Shown here piece by piece: positions 14,709 to 26,794 of a stretch of 64,000 nt of DNA. Under the pieces are notes generated by a model. That model saw only the letters and a list, made by a program, of their open reading frames with translations. It was not told the DNA's origin and did no database searches. Each line of letters opens with the position of its first letter. Position 1 is the stretch's first letter. This DNA comes from Cycas panzhihuaensis. Lineage: Eukaryota > Plantae > Cycadophyta. Location: the NCBI GenBank assembly GCA_023213395.1, contig CM041465.1:175653741-175717740 (forward strand). Reading direction: 5' to 3'. The position numbers and the translations under genes were made by a program.

Positions 14709-17392
14709 TGTAGCAATCTTGTAGAATTCTTCTAAGAGATTTTATAAAAATAGGTAAAATATCCACCAAATGCACTTGCAAAATATTCAATCAAGAGAGC
14801 AATAATACAAATCCACTTGAATACTTATGAAATATAAATATAAAGTGGTATGAAATGAATATAAACTAAATAGATACAAGGTTACTAAAAGATCCCACAA
14901 ATTACTAATGATAAAGAATCCTTGTTTGAGGTGAGGTGCCCTCCATAATGCTCCCAAAAAGGCCAAAAATACTGCAGTCTAAGACTTCTATGATCATGCT
15001 AAAATAAGGCCGCAAATCCTCCTTAAATAGACGACTAAAAGATAGTAATAGAAGTCAAAAGGGGGATAAACTTGCCCAAAACTAATACTGGAAGTCAGGC
15101 AACACTTCTAAAAAGACTTGCAGGATAAAAACTTTAAATGGTCATGATATAGATTCTAGAATTAACTTTCATATGGACCATTGGAATCATCGTGTAAAGC
15201 CCTTTGATTTAAATGATTATGTGGTATAGTTTTGACCATATTTTAGAATTCTACAATTCCCCTCCCCTTAAAATAATACTTTTCCCTTGAAGTATTGAGA
15301 AATTCTTATAGCTCGGTCTAATCTTCCAACCACCTCTTGTTAGATCCTATAGGTTGTAAAGATTTGATTTGATCTTGCATCTTCTATGGAGCTTTGCTAG
15401 CAGGCATCTTAAATTTGCCAATGTTTGTTCCTGGGGCCAAGTACATATTGTATATTATTCTACATCAGGAGTATCCTAGGACTTGTGAGGTGTATCAACT
15501 ATCTTGTCCTGGTCTTACCTTGTGTTTGCACATTTTTTTTTAAATGAAATGGTTTATAGAAGGAGAAATGAGGATTTTGTAAAAAAAATTAATCATAAGG
15601 GTCTTAGATTGATGACCACTTATTGTGAAAAGGAAAATAAAAGGTGGAATTATGAACTGAGATCAAGCATAACTTTGAAGGTATAGGAAGAGAGGATAAA
15701 TTTTGGAATATGACTTAGATGGAGATGAAAATTTGTATAAATTTTATTGGACCACAATACTTTTTGGGGGGGAGGGGAGAGAGAGATAGGGAATTAACAA
15801 TAGATGTTCTTTATAAAAGAAATGTTTTAATAGGTTTTAAAGAGTGGTATTTAAACAAATGAAAATATTTAACAAAAAAAAAAAATATTTATTAAATAAA
15901 ATTGAAGCGGTTTGGGAAAAATTGAATGAGGTTTTATGAGGGGTAATATTAAGAGATGAAACATGACGAATAGATTAAAGTTGTAGAGTATCTTATTAAG
16001 GATGATCCATAGGGGGTGAAAAAGTATGTGAGTAAAGGGATGGACTAAGGTTACATAGAGGAATTAGGATTTGACCTACGAAAAAAGTAAAGTTAAGGGA
16101 ATTATGATTATGGCTAACTACAGGATTTGGAAACGAAAATTTTAAGCAAGGAAAAGTGAGAGGATAAATAATGCTACCAAAAGAAATGTATATGTGTAAC
16201 ACAAGATTACTGAGTACCTAGCATGTATCTTGTTGATATTCTTATTTGAAGTCTACTTGTTCTTCGTTATCCTTATATTGCCCCTGAGAAACTTCACTTT
16301 GTATTTCTTCTTTGATATTATCTGGAGACAGTTCTCTTGTATGTGCCTGCTTCAAGTCTTCTATGTAGTTATGTTATTCCTTCTCTAAAATCTCCTCATT
16401 AATGGTTTCTTCTTCTTATCCTTCCTCTTCTGCTTGAGTCATATCTTACTTATGCTTCGTGAAAGCTGTGATAGATGCCTCTAAAAATTGGTACCATAGA
16501 AAAGGTTCTTTAGCCCAATTAATAAAACACTCATAAGCTTGTTTGTTCAATATCATTTCTAATATAGGTCCATACTCTTCAAATTTTATATCAGACATGG
16601 ACTTGAAATCTTCTATCCACTTTTTCATGCCCTCATAATCCTCTAAATTAAAAAATCTATCTCCATTTTTTTCCTTTGGCTTTATATGTTCCAAGTGTTC
16701 TTCCTATGTTTTACTATAGATTAGGATATCATCAAAGAAAACCAGCATGAATCACGTCATATTATGTTTTAATATTGAATCAACCTTTTTGAGATTTTAT
16801 TTATACCCTTTCCCTTCAAAACAAAGCTCTGATACCACTAGTAATCTTACAGAATTCTTCTAAGAAATTTTATAACAATAGATAAAATATCCACCAAATT
16901 CACTTACAAAATATACAATTAAGAGAGTAATAATACAAATCTACTTGAATACTTATGAAACACAAATATAAAGTGGTATAAAATAAATATAAACTAAATA
17001 GATACAATGTTACCAAAATATCTCATAAATTACTAATGATAAAGAATCACTCTTCAAGGTGAGGTGCCCTTCACAATGCTCCCAAAGAGCTGAAAATATT
17101 ACAGTCCAAGACTTCTCTAATCATGCTAAAATGAGGTTATAAATCCTCCTTAAATAGGCAGATAAAAGATAGTAATAGAAGTCAGCTAGGAAAGGGGGAT
17201 AAACTTGCCCAAAACTAATACAAGAAGTCATCCAGAACTCCAAAAACTCACAGGCTAAAAACTTTAAATAGTTATAACTTTTAATGCATATGTCAGAATT
17301 AACTTTTATCTAGATCGTCAGAATCATTGTGTAAAGCCCTTTGATTTGAATGGACATATGGTATAGTTTTGACCATATTTTGGAATGATACA
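14709..17392 (-). mobile_element. 2.7-kb non-autonomous LTR element E with TSD TAGGA
   Basis: LTRs 14709-15255 and ~16839-17392. PBS complement gctctgatacca 16826-16837 (tRNA-iMet type). PPT complement attcccctcccctt 15256-15269. TSD tagga at 14704-14708 and 17393-17397. Internal region only ~1.6 kb. Confidence 0.92.
16446..16748 (-). pseudogene. Chimeric ORF remnant: gypsy RT catalytic motif fused to a gag-like segment
   Basis: Minus strand from 16748: MLVFFDDILIYSKT*EEHLEHIK, continuing in frame into ORF 16446-16694 (WIEDF...A..F.NW...W.QF, weak retrotransposon-gag pattern). Confidence 0.65.
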
Positions 17393-19461
17393 TAGGAGGA
17401 ATAAGAGAGATATAGTTTCATACAAACTGATGGTAAAACCATATAAGGTCAAGAATGTGTATAGTTATGGGAGGTTGGTTAGTATTAGCTAGGTAGTGAT
17501 GACTGATATTTTACTAGGGTCTACCCATACCCCTTCTAAAGATATGATTTATCCTAAATACTGGAGTTTTATTTGTCTAAACTTACACTTAGAAAGTTTG
17601 TCATAGAACTAATGATGGTGTATTATTTAGAGAGTGATCTTCAGATGATGAATGTGATGGTCTAAGCTGGAACTATAAATAAGGATATTATTGAAGAAGA
17701 TGATGATAATTTTTTGAAGATGGGGACAAAGATCTTGTTCATAAGTTCTTAAAAGGTGGTAGGTGTATTATAAAGGCTAAAAGTCATCACATAAAATTTG
17801 AAGTAGGTATGATATGTTTGAAAAGTTATCTTATTATAGTCCTCTAGAGAAATCAAAATTTGATAGTGTCCACATTATAGATGTATATTAGAAAAGATAG
17901 AGGCTCTATGGATTTTATCTAGCATGTTATCAATCTATGGAGTTAATAATTTATTTTTTATAATAATATTATTCAATTCCTTATAATCCATGCAAAGGTG
18001 GAAGGAGCCATCTTTCTTTGGAACTAAGAATATGGGGGGCACATATAACTTTTACTAAGCTGGATGATTCCTATATCCATTAGTTTAGTTATGATTTTTT
18101 CAATTTTATTATTCTAGAAGTGGGAGTTTCTATATGGGCATAGGCTAATTAGGTCACGATTAGATTAGAGGTTAATTGTGGGGTAGAAACCATGGTCAGG
18201 TAGGTAGTGGTAAGAAGGGGAGAAAGTACTTGCTCATACTTAGTAATGATATCCTAAATGCATGGGTGGATTTAAGGGTTAACCTAAATGTTATTAAGGT
18301 GAACTATATAACCAAGGTAGGATTGAAGGTATCATTTCATACAACCTAGTAAAACTACTTAGTTTGGTAGGGATTGTAACCCATATATTTTATACATCTA
18401 GCCCATTTGATCCTTAAGCAAGATAAAGGGATTATTTAGGGAGTTGTTTATACTATATGTTCCCAAGGCTTGCAACCATTAGATTTCTAATATAGAATTA
18501 GATCCTCCTATCAATAATGCATAAAAGTCTAAGATTAGGAGATATGTGTCAATCTAAATATATAAGATTTTGATGATACCAATATAGTGGAGCTTGTAGT
18601 ACCTTAGTAAGGAGCAAGCAAAGTTAGTCTTTGATAATGTAAAGGTTTAGTCACCAGGCTAATGAAATGTCAATAAAATTTAAGGATGCACCATCATCAA
18701 TTAGGATTAACATTGGAGTTTTTTAGAGAATGCCCTTGATATGTAGGGGTTTAGAATAAGAGGTAGAGGCTATAATAGAGAGGGATACTTCACGGTAAGG
18801 ATCAGGAGTTAGGTCTTTTAGGAATTATTCATCAACCTCATGTTTTAAGTTAAAATTAAAGTGGTCATTAAGGGATGAGGTGGGGTTAATAGAAAACACC
18901 ATATGCCTCACTTTACAAATGCAACCATGCTTAGTAGTCTACTTTTTTAAATACTAAATACAAAGGCTAGCCTAAATGCAACATTACACTTCTATTGGTA
19001 AGATTTAGACTTATTTTGGTATAGATTCTTTTGCTTGATGATCTATTATAGATCAAGTTATATTATAGAGTTAGGGTTAGGGGTGTTAAAAGTCTGTCTA
19101 TGGTTGAGTTGTATCATCTAATCAGGGTCGAGGCTATTAGAAGTCTATCAGATGATGTCATAAGAACTATGGGCGATCGTATTTAGTGGGTAAGGGTCAC
19201 TTGGCTATGAATTCTACTTTCACTACTCTAGCTATTTAGATAACTTCCTTGAAGAGAGTTTACTGATAACATCTTAGAGCATATTTGAATATGATCTTAA
19301 AGACTTGTAATATAAATGTCTACCAAGGTACGTTTTTTCAGGCTTTGGCTCTAAGTAGATTGATTATATAAGGCTTGGAACTCATCTATAAAATCCTCTG
19401 CTAATAATGTTTATTGTAATCATGTTAATTGAGTGAAGAATGATTAACTTCAAGTGTTTGG

Positions 19462-21824
19462 TGGTGTTCTAGGGGGGATCTTGTGTTTGATCCTTAATAA
19501 TTTTGCCAGAAAGATGGTTGGGGCCTTGAGGGGACCAAAACTTAATGTCTCTTGATTTCTTTAGTGATTGAAGTTAGGAGACACAAAGCTCAAGAAGACC
19601 TAAAGAACCATCTTTTCCCAACTCCTAAGGAGGAGTCTTCGCCTAGTAGTGTCATCTACCTAAGTGAGATTGGGATATGATGAAAGGTATGGATATGAAA
19701 TGGGGTGATATAATCCACAAACCTATATGACTTGACAAAAGAGTTCTAAGTTTGGAATCACACTTACAATATCTTCAATGTCCTTCCTAGGGATTCCTCT
19801 CATGCAATCATTTCAAACTTTTGAGTTTTACTAAGATGTGAGATAGGGTAGGCTAATGGAAATGATAGTTTGTCTTGTTTAGGTTTCTAGGTTTTGATAT
19901 GGTTGTAAAGATACAAAGCAAAAATAACAAGACAATACAATCAAAGAAACTACAAGGTCAAACTCACATAAATTTTTTTGTGTTTTTTTTTAATTGTTTA
20001 TGAAAGCAAAAGTAAATAAACTAGAAAAGGTGCATGCAAGTCCTTTTTGTAATTTTTTATTTTTAAAATGAAAGATGCATATGCAATTATGAGATAGGTT
20101 TCCTATATGTAACGTGCATGATTCATTTCAAATGGAATTATGATTTTTGTGCAAATTTCTTTTAAAAGAGATTAATTAACATGCAAACCTAGCCAATATG
20201 CTTTAACCTTAATGCATGCAACCAATTCTCTTTAAAAGTAATGAAATGATGCACAAAAACAAGATATTTTTAAAGGAAGCTACTACTATTTTCTGATAAT
20301 TTTTAGACCTATGAGATGGTGGATAAATCATAAATTTGAATAATAATCATCCATGTAAGACTAGCCACCACAGGTTCTATCGCAATTGGAGTAGTAAGAG
20401 CTCCAAAAAGAATCCTTGAACCTAATGTAAAACTAAAAATTAGAGATATTTCAATCAAAAAATACTATTAACTTTTCATTCTCAAGATACAAGAGCTAAC
20501 TTGAAAATAAAAGTGCATGCAATTATAGATATAAGACAAACACTTATTTCCTATTGTAAAGAATGCCTCAGAATGACTATTTCCTTTTCACTTAACCAAC
20601 TTTCCCACACACATTCCTTCAAAGAAAGATTAAAGAAGGAAGAATCAACAATCCAAAGAGGCCAAACTAGAGCCAAACAACATAAAAAGAGAATGACAAT
20701 TTGACTGAAATATAAATTGTTATGAGAGAGTGAGGAGTAGCTAGATATATGGTGGAGAGATGACCATGCCCCACCCTAGTCTATCCTTAAAGAACCCCAT
20801 AAAGGGTAGACCTTTCAACATATATTTTAGTATCAAAAGTCTAAACAAGAGTACAATAGCAATCGACCAGTAAAAGGAAATAATTCTAAACTAAAATTAC
20901 CTTTAAAACACTATGAAACAAGTTTAAAACTCAATAGGAAAGATCTTACCAAATCAAGAGAACTTTGAAGCATAGAATTGATGAAGATCCAAGAAAATGG
21001 AAGCTCAGACCATCAACAATTAAGTAGCAATGGAACAACAACAAAACTTCTTTGAGATTTCACCCAATAATCCTAAAAAAATCAAGTTTTTTAAAGTCAT
21101 AACACCAGTCCTTAAGAAATCTCCAAAAATTTCATAAAATTTCATAATACTAGAGCAAAAATCACTTCTTCTCTTTTTATTTACAATCAACAATGGTTTT
21201 ATAATACTTCTGGGCATCGAGAAAATTAAATCCCATCGAATTTGGGTGGCGTCATGCAAAAATTTTGGTGATCTACCTAAATTTTCTTTGTATAACAGTG
21301 AATAAAGTGATCAGTCGTGGTTTTCACCTACCAAAAATGAGACTTTGTTCTAAAAACACGATTAGTCACGTTTTTTATAGAGTGAAAAATGTAATTTTAA
21401 TAAAGTAAAAATTTGATAAAAAAAACTAATAAAAATTAATATTTAATGAGCATTCAACCATAAATTGAGTTTACTAAAGAGTAAATAAGCCCAAAATATG
21501 GTGAAACATATTAAGTATAGGCCTAAAGAGTGACAAATGATGAAATTATAAGTGAAATCTCGAAAATAAGATAAAAAAGCATGAGGTTAAGTTGATCATA
21601 AAGAAAACTCTATTGCCATAATTTACATCATCAGTAAATAACAACAAGAATACAAGCTACATCATCATTCATTACATTCCATCAATGCTTCATTTCAACA
21701 AAATAGGCCTAATCCATTAAATACAATCAACATACATCAATCACCATTAATAAAACCATACAACATGCATTGATTTACTAATATAATCCAAACTCAAACA
21801 AAGAAACCAGGTTTTGGTAAAACA
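19462..21824 (-). repeat. Probable ~2.4-kb 3' LTR of the Tat element
   Basis: Ends ...ggtaaaaca directly beside the PPT complement. Left edge inferred from loss of chromovirus B gag similarity. No second copy in the window to confirm it. Confidence 0.6.
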
Positions 21825-22329
21825 TTTGTCCCCTTGGCACCTAAGGCTCCTATTGTAGAAAGAGACATAAGACAATGAGAGGTGGCAATGATGTAGATAC
21901 TTGTTGCTCTAGTGAAAGTTATAGGAACTATATGAAATGTATAGATGATGATGTGATACTTCTCCTTGGTGAGATGAAATTCATATAATGACTTGATTCC
22001 AAAAAGTTTCTGTTGGTAGAGTTACTCAAAAGGACTGAGTAATTCTAACCAAAAGGGTTAACATTTATATCACTTCATCCAAAAGGACTGGGCATCAATC
22101 ATCTCCTAGAAACCAACCTAAAAAGACTGGGTATTCGTCTCACAAATGTTACTACATTCATCTTTTTACCTAAAAAGACTAAGTATCTACTATTACTAAA
22201 AGCGTACCTACTAGCCATAAACTAAATGGGACTTTCAACTTCTGAACAAACACTACCTAATACCTATAAACTAGATGGGACTTTATCACCAAATACCCAC
22301 AAATTAGATGGGCCTCTACTATACACCCG

Positions 22330-22865
22330 GTTATAGTTTATCTCTCATTAACCACGTATTAGAGAGAAGTCTTTTTGCTAGAGCAAAAAAGATGGACTAT
22401 CATAGTTTAAGCTTGTTAATAGGTGACTTTTCATAGCAAAATCTTTTTGCCAAAGCAAAAGGAATAGACTGTCATAGTTTAAATTCATTAATAGATGACT
22501 TTTTGGAGTAAACCCATCATAGTTTGGCCTCATTAATGGGGTGAGGACTTTCAGAGGTTGATTATCATCTTTAAACCTCGTTAACAATCAACTTCGAAGG
22601 GATCCCTATCATAGTTTAGGCTTATTAACAAGTGTGAAGGCCTTAGAGCATAGGTCTTATCATAGTTTATACTCATCAACAAGCAAGTAAAAGCTCAGAG
22701 TGATAGTCCTATCATAGTTTAGACTCTTCAATAGGTAGGTGAAAGCTCAGAGTGATAAATCATGTCATAGTTTAGACCCCTCAATAGGTAAATGAAAGTT
22801 TGGAGTGATAAATCCTATCATAGTTTAGACTCATTAACAGGTAGGTGAAAGCTCATAGTGATAAT
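22330..22865. repeat. Tandem array in the Tat 3' region (51-53-bp units plus looser copies)
   Basis: Core catagttta.actcattaa at ~22333, 22401, 22473, 22518, 22610, 22661, 22713, 22766, 22819. The last units share ggtgaaagctcagagtgataaatcctat. Confidence 0.88.
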
Positions 22866-23450
22866 CCCTTTGAAGGTCAGCATGGAAAATTACTGTGTGA
22901 AATGGTATTCAACAACCAATTAAACTTCAAAGGGGAGAAAGAGCTCAGAGAATCCCTTAGTACCTTGAGCTTTATGAAAGTGAAAACATCTATTTATGAC
23001 ACTTCATTGTGAATCTAGAGAAAATTATGATTGAATTAGGCTATGTTTTATTTTGATAAGCTCAACGGTTAGCCTGGAGGATTTAACACGTAAAAAGGGC
23101 TAGAAGGGCCCCCCTATATGAAAGAAAAATGGCAAAGAAAAGTTTTATTTTCATAGGCAAGAGAAAGAAGAAAGGAGAGCTTCTAAGGTGGTTTCTCTAT
23201 ATTTGAATAGGATTACGAGCTCCTTTAGATGAGGGATCAACTCCACAAGGTTTCAAAGATCATAATGGAGCAGAGAGTGAGGTACCTAGTGAGTGGAGTA
23301 ATCTATTTTTTTTAATTTTTTTATTTTCAAATGAAAAACATGATAATACAGTGTGAAAAGTGCGGGCACTGTATTAAAAATGCGACTTTCAAATGAAAAA
23401 TGTGACAAACCAATGAAAAACACGCCTTTAATATTTAGGACATCAGAGGA

Positions 23451-23550
23451 AGTCATATTTTTCACAGTGAAATCACGTTTTTCACATTGAAATCACATTT
23501 TTCATTATGAAACTATATTTTTCATAGTGGAACTGTATTTTTCAATTTGT
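23451..23550. repeat. 5 x 20-bp tandem repeat (consensus ~aatcacgtttttcacattga)
   Basis: Units begin at 23451, 23471, 23491, 23511, 23531. Reverse-complement-like copies (tgaaaaacatga, tgaaaaatgtga, tgaaaaacacg) lie at 23330-23425. Confidence 0.85.
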
Positions 23551-23679
23551 TAAACATATTTTTTAAAATTTCAAGAAATTTTGATTAATAAACATGAAAT
23601 TTTTAACTTAAAAATAATGCTAACTAATTAAAATTATTGGAATGTAGGCCTTAGAGAGAGTAGAGACTTGTGAGAATGA

Positions 23680-25420
23680 GGAAGATCCCATCAAGGAGCT
23701 AGTTAGCCAGTTGGATGAGATTGGATGGGGGATATTGTGAGCATGTGGCCTGGTGAGAGCGAGTGCTTCGACTCAATTAGTGATGGAGCATGAGGTACTA
23801 CACAATTTTATGAGTTGTTGGGTTCTAGGGTGACACGTATTCAGAGTTCATACTATTGGAGACTTGGAGATCAATCTGAGGGATGTAGGGAGGATCCTAG
23901 GAGTGAGTTGGCATGGGGAGAGGGTTCGCCTCATCAAAGTGATAGATGAGGAATCCCAGATGGCATGCATCACTTATCTTACTAGATTTGTTGATTAGAT
24001 AGATTAGAATAGGATTTCGATTGAGGTGATCCAAGTAGAAAATGAAGACCTAGTAGTGAGGAGGATCATTACTCTCATCATTACATATCAAACAGCTAGG
24101 ACACATAATTTTATGGGGATCCTAGTTTAGTAAACAGGGATAGTGAGACGATGCAACCATGGCATCCAGATCAACTACGGATAGTATGTAGCAGATACCG
24201 TTAGTCACCATCTATTGAGGATTTGGAGGATAGGCAGAGGCGGCTTCTCGTATGGTTCGATCCTTATGTGCTGGCTTTACGATCACATTCCACTGATATG
24301 ACTAGGAGGAAAGCTAGGAGTATTGACGTTGATGGATTTAGGGATGAACATGTGGCACATAAGATAGAGGATCTACAACAGATCGATGATTATCACAAGG
24401 ATTACTCACAGTCCCATGCTCAACAAGATGATAAGGAGATAGCTCGTCGAGGATACTTATGTTGAGCTCCTAGTGTGGAACAATGATGAGATGGATGCTA
24501 CAAAGAGAGAAGTAGCATAGGAGGCTCCAGTAACAAGGAGAGTGAGAGGAGGAGGATGCAACGGAGGGGCACGTGGTGGCAGAGGTTCCAAGATAGGAGA
24601 GGAGGTAGTACAAGGAGGTGGAGGAGGTGTCTCCTCTAATGGTGGAGCAGGGAGTAGTCGACAGGTACTCAAACAGGGAAGTGGAATACCTATAGAGAGG
24701 AGAGGGGGCTCCATTCAGAGTATAGAGCTGGGATTTGTTGACTAGTAGGGTAGAGATGGAGGGAGTTGAGTTGGCGAGGGAGGAGTTACATAGGAGGCTC
24801 ACTAGGAGCCATAGGAAGGAGAGGCACCACCAATTAAAGAGGTAGTAGGTAGGGAGCTAGTAGGAGGTAAATCTCTAGGCATATGACTTGATTGATTGAT
24901 TTCTCGCATCGTATTGTATTTCTTTTCACCTTGAGAATTTGTTTTCTTCTCTAAGGGACTAATTATATTTGACATATTTTTATTGGACAGGTGATGAGAT
25001 AGTTACCTTGAGGGAGGTGCAGAGAACTCTAGAGGTGATCTTCCCATGCATTCTAGCACTAGATAAGGCACCCACTTAGAATGTAGTTGATCATAAACTA
25101 CTGGGGCACTAGATAGAGTACTATCGTCATGCATTGACAGCTTAAGACCTTTATATGGACATGAGGATAGAGCTGTAGAGACAAGAGATGGAGATGAGGG
25201 CAGGTGAGGAAGCATCTATGGAGGATGGGATTAGCTTAGGTGGGGGCCATATATACCCCATTAGCTAGCGGTACAATATAGTAGGAGCGGTACCATCTTC
25301 CACCTAGAGCAAAGTCTTCCAATGGGGAGACCTCCAGCAGGAGATAGAGAGCAGATCCAGATGTACCCCAGGGATCTCATCAGGGATCATAAAGATGAGT
25401 GTATGATATGTTGTCTAGGA
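23680..25420 (+). pseudogene. Antisense extra ORF of the Tat element: plant mobile domain (PMD)-like N-terminus, G/E/R-rich C-terminus
   Basis: From 23783: MEHEVLHNFMSCWVLG*HVFRVHTIGDLEINLRDVGRILGVSWHGERV, matching the PMD pattern W..ETHTFHLP.GE.TITL.DV..ILGL...G..V. Low-complexity plus-strand ORFs follow at 24223-24745. Outer boundaries approximate. Confidence 0.6.
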
Positions 25421-26399
25421 GGTAGGAGGATGATATGAGGTATTTTATGAGCCTCGAGTATGAATACATATATCATGTATCATGGGTCATGTATGATGGG
25501 TCACCTAGGTGATAAATATATTATATTTTTATCATGATGTATATATTGATCTTTTTTTTTTTTATTTGTGTATGATTACTTATCTCTAAACCTTCATCCC
25601 CTTTATTCTTGTTTATATTTGAGCATAGGATACATTCACTAGTATGACTTGTCTAAGGAAACATGTAATGATTTTTATCATTTTTATTTTTTATTTTTAT
25701 TATTTTATAGTTATGTATTTTTTTGTTAATTTTTGCCATACTATATACATGGTAGTTTATACTCATTCTAGAGTAGTATGGTTTAGGAAAGACCGGATTA
25801 TGGGAAATAATGAAAACTAGGAGATAAATAAAGGATTAAAATGGGATATGTGAAAGGTTTACATATTCTATTTTTATAAACTTAAAACCACCTGGGATAC
25901 GAGCGGTAATAAGTTTATAAAATTAGAAGATGGAATAATATAAGTCTCCTCAAAGGAAACTCATATAACTCACATCATACCCTTGATAGATTATATAAAC
26001 ATATGATAATCCCATATTTACATAATATATCATAAAGAAAGTAAGTCATTTAGCAAACAAAACTAATCTCACTTAATAAATAACTAACTACCCAAGTATA
26101 TCAGATTCTTCATTAGCTTCTTCTAAGGGTAAAAAGCTTTTAGGAACTTACCCCCTGCCAAGATCCTCCATGGCCCAAGATTCCCACATGAGTCTAGCCC
26201 TTTCACATATCTCAATTCAATCTCATACCTATCACCATAATCTCGCAACTACCCTAACCTATGGTCCTTAACCTATAGTCTTACCAAATCGATAGTTTAT
26301 ATTCATCCCAGAGTGGTAGTTTATACTCATTCCAGAGTAGTAGTTTATACTCATTCTGGAATAGAATGCCCCCAGCCAGAAGAAGCAAGTCAATTAATA

Positions 26400-26794
26400 C
26401 AATCATCAAGGATTGAGAAAATTAGAGCATCAACTTCGAGGTTAAAAGAATGAGGTATGTATTAGATAGTCACTAAAGTAAATAGGGACAACAATGATGA
26501 GGCCTGACGATGAAAGAGAAGGAGTTGTGGAGAGTGGACCTGATACATCTTGACCAACTAATAAACCATAACCTGATAATCGACATATAAAGTAATAGGT
26601 CTGAGGTAAAAATGAGAGACATCTGATAAGGCTCTTATAATTGCAAGATATTCAGCTTCATTATTGGTTGCCTTAGGTATAAAGAAACTTGTGGAAAGGA
26701 GGGAACTTCCTGATTGGTCATAAACCACCCAAGTAGAAGCAGACGTTCTTGGGTTTCCTCTACTACCCCTATTATTGAAGATACTCAATGCCAT
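26400..26794 (-). pseudogene. Archaeal-type RNase H (aRH) domain downstream of integrase
   Basis: ORF 26558-26794: GSRGNP...ATNNEAEYLAIIRAL...LYVDYQVMVY. Past the stop it continues to IPHSFNLEVDALIFS (RNase HI/aRH motifs; first catalytic Asp decayed). Confidence 0.85.

Larger units (their letters stand above)
5395..19461 (-). mobile_element. Ty3/gypsy chromovirus B, split by two insertions (segments 5395-7119, 14087-14708, 17393-19461); 5' end not seen
   Basis: 3' LTR ~5395-5770 then PPT complement ggtcccccccttt. Integrase ORF 6340-6528. RNase H end (FIISYKKDKDNVVADAL) ~14240-14310. RT (PIFLVPKKDGSFHLCMDYKEL) ~17975-18040. Protease (LILIDDGAS) ~18685-18712. The sequence rejoins across both TSDs. 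Confidence 0.85.

Noticed and set aside
22600-22865. Hammerhead ribozyme array (minus strand ttgatgag-ta-taaac resembles CUGAUGAG...GAAAC)
   Set aside because: Only ~2 nt separate the two boxes so stem II cannot form, and the copies read TAAA rather than GAAA. An Infernal search on a family consensus would settle it.
22330-22865. CRISPR-like repeat-spacer array
   Set aside because: Eukaryotic TE context, spacers are homologous to each other, no cas genes.
24457-24802. Pro-rich/extensin-like minus-strand ORFs
   Set aside because: Shadow frames of the G-rich plus-strand extra ORF of the Tat element.
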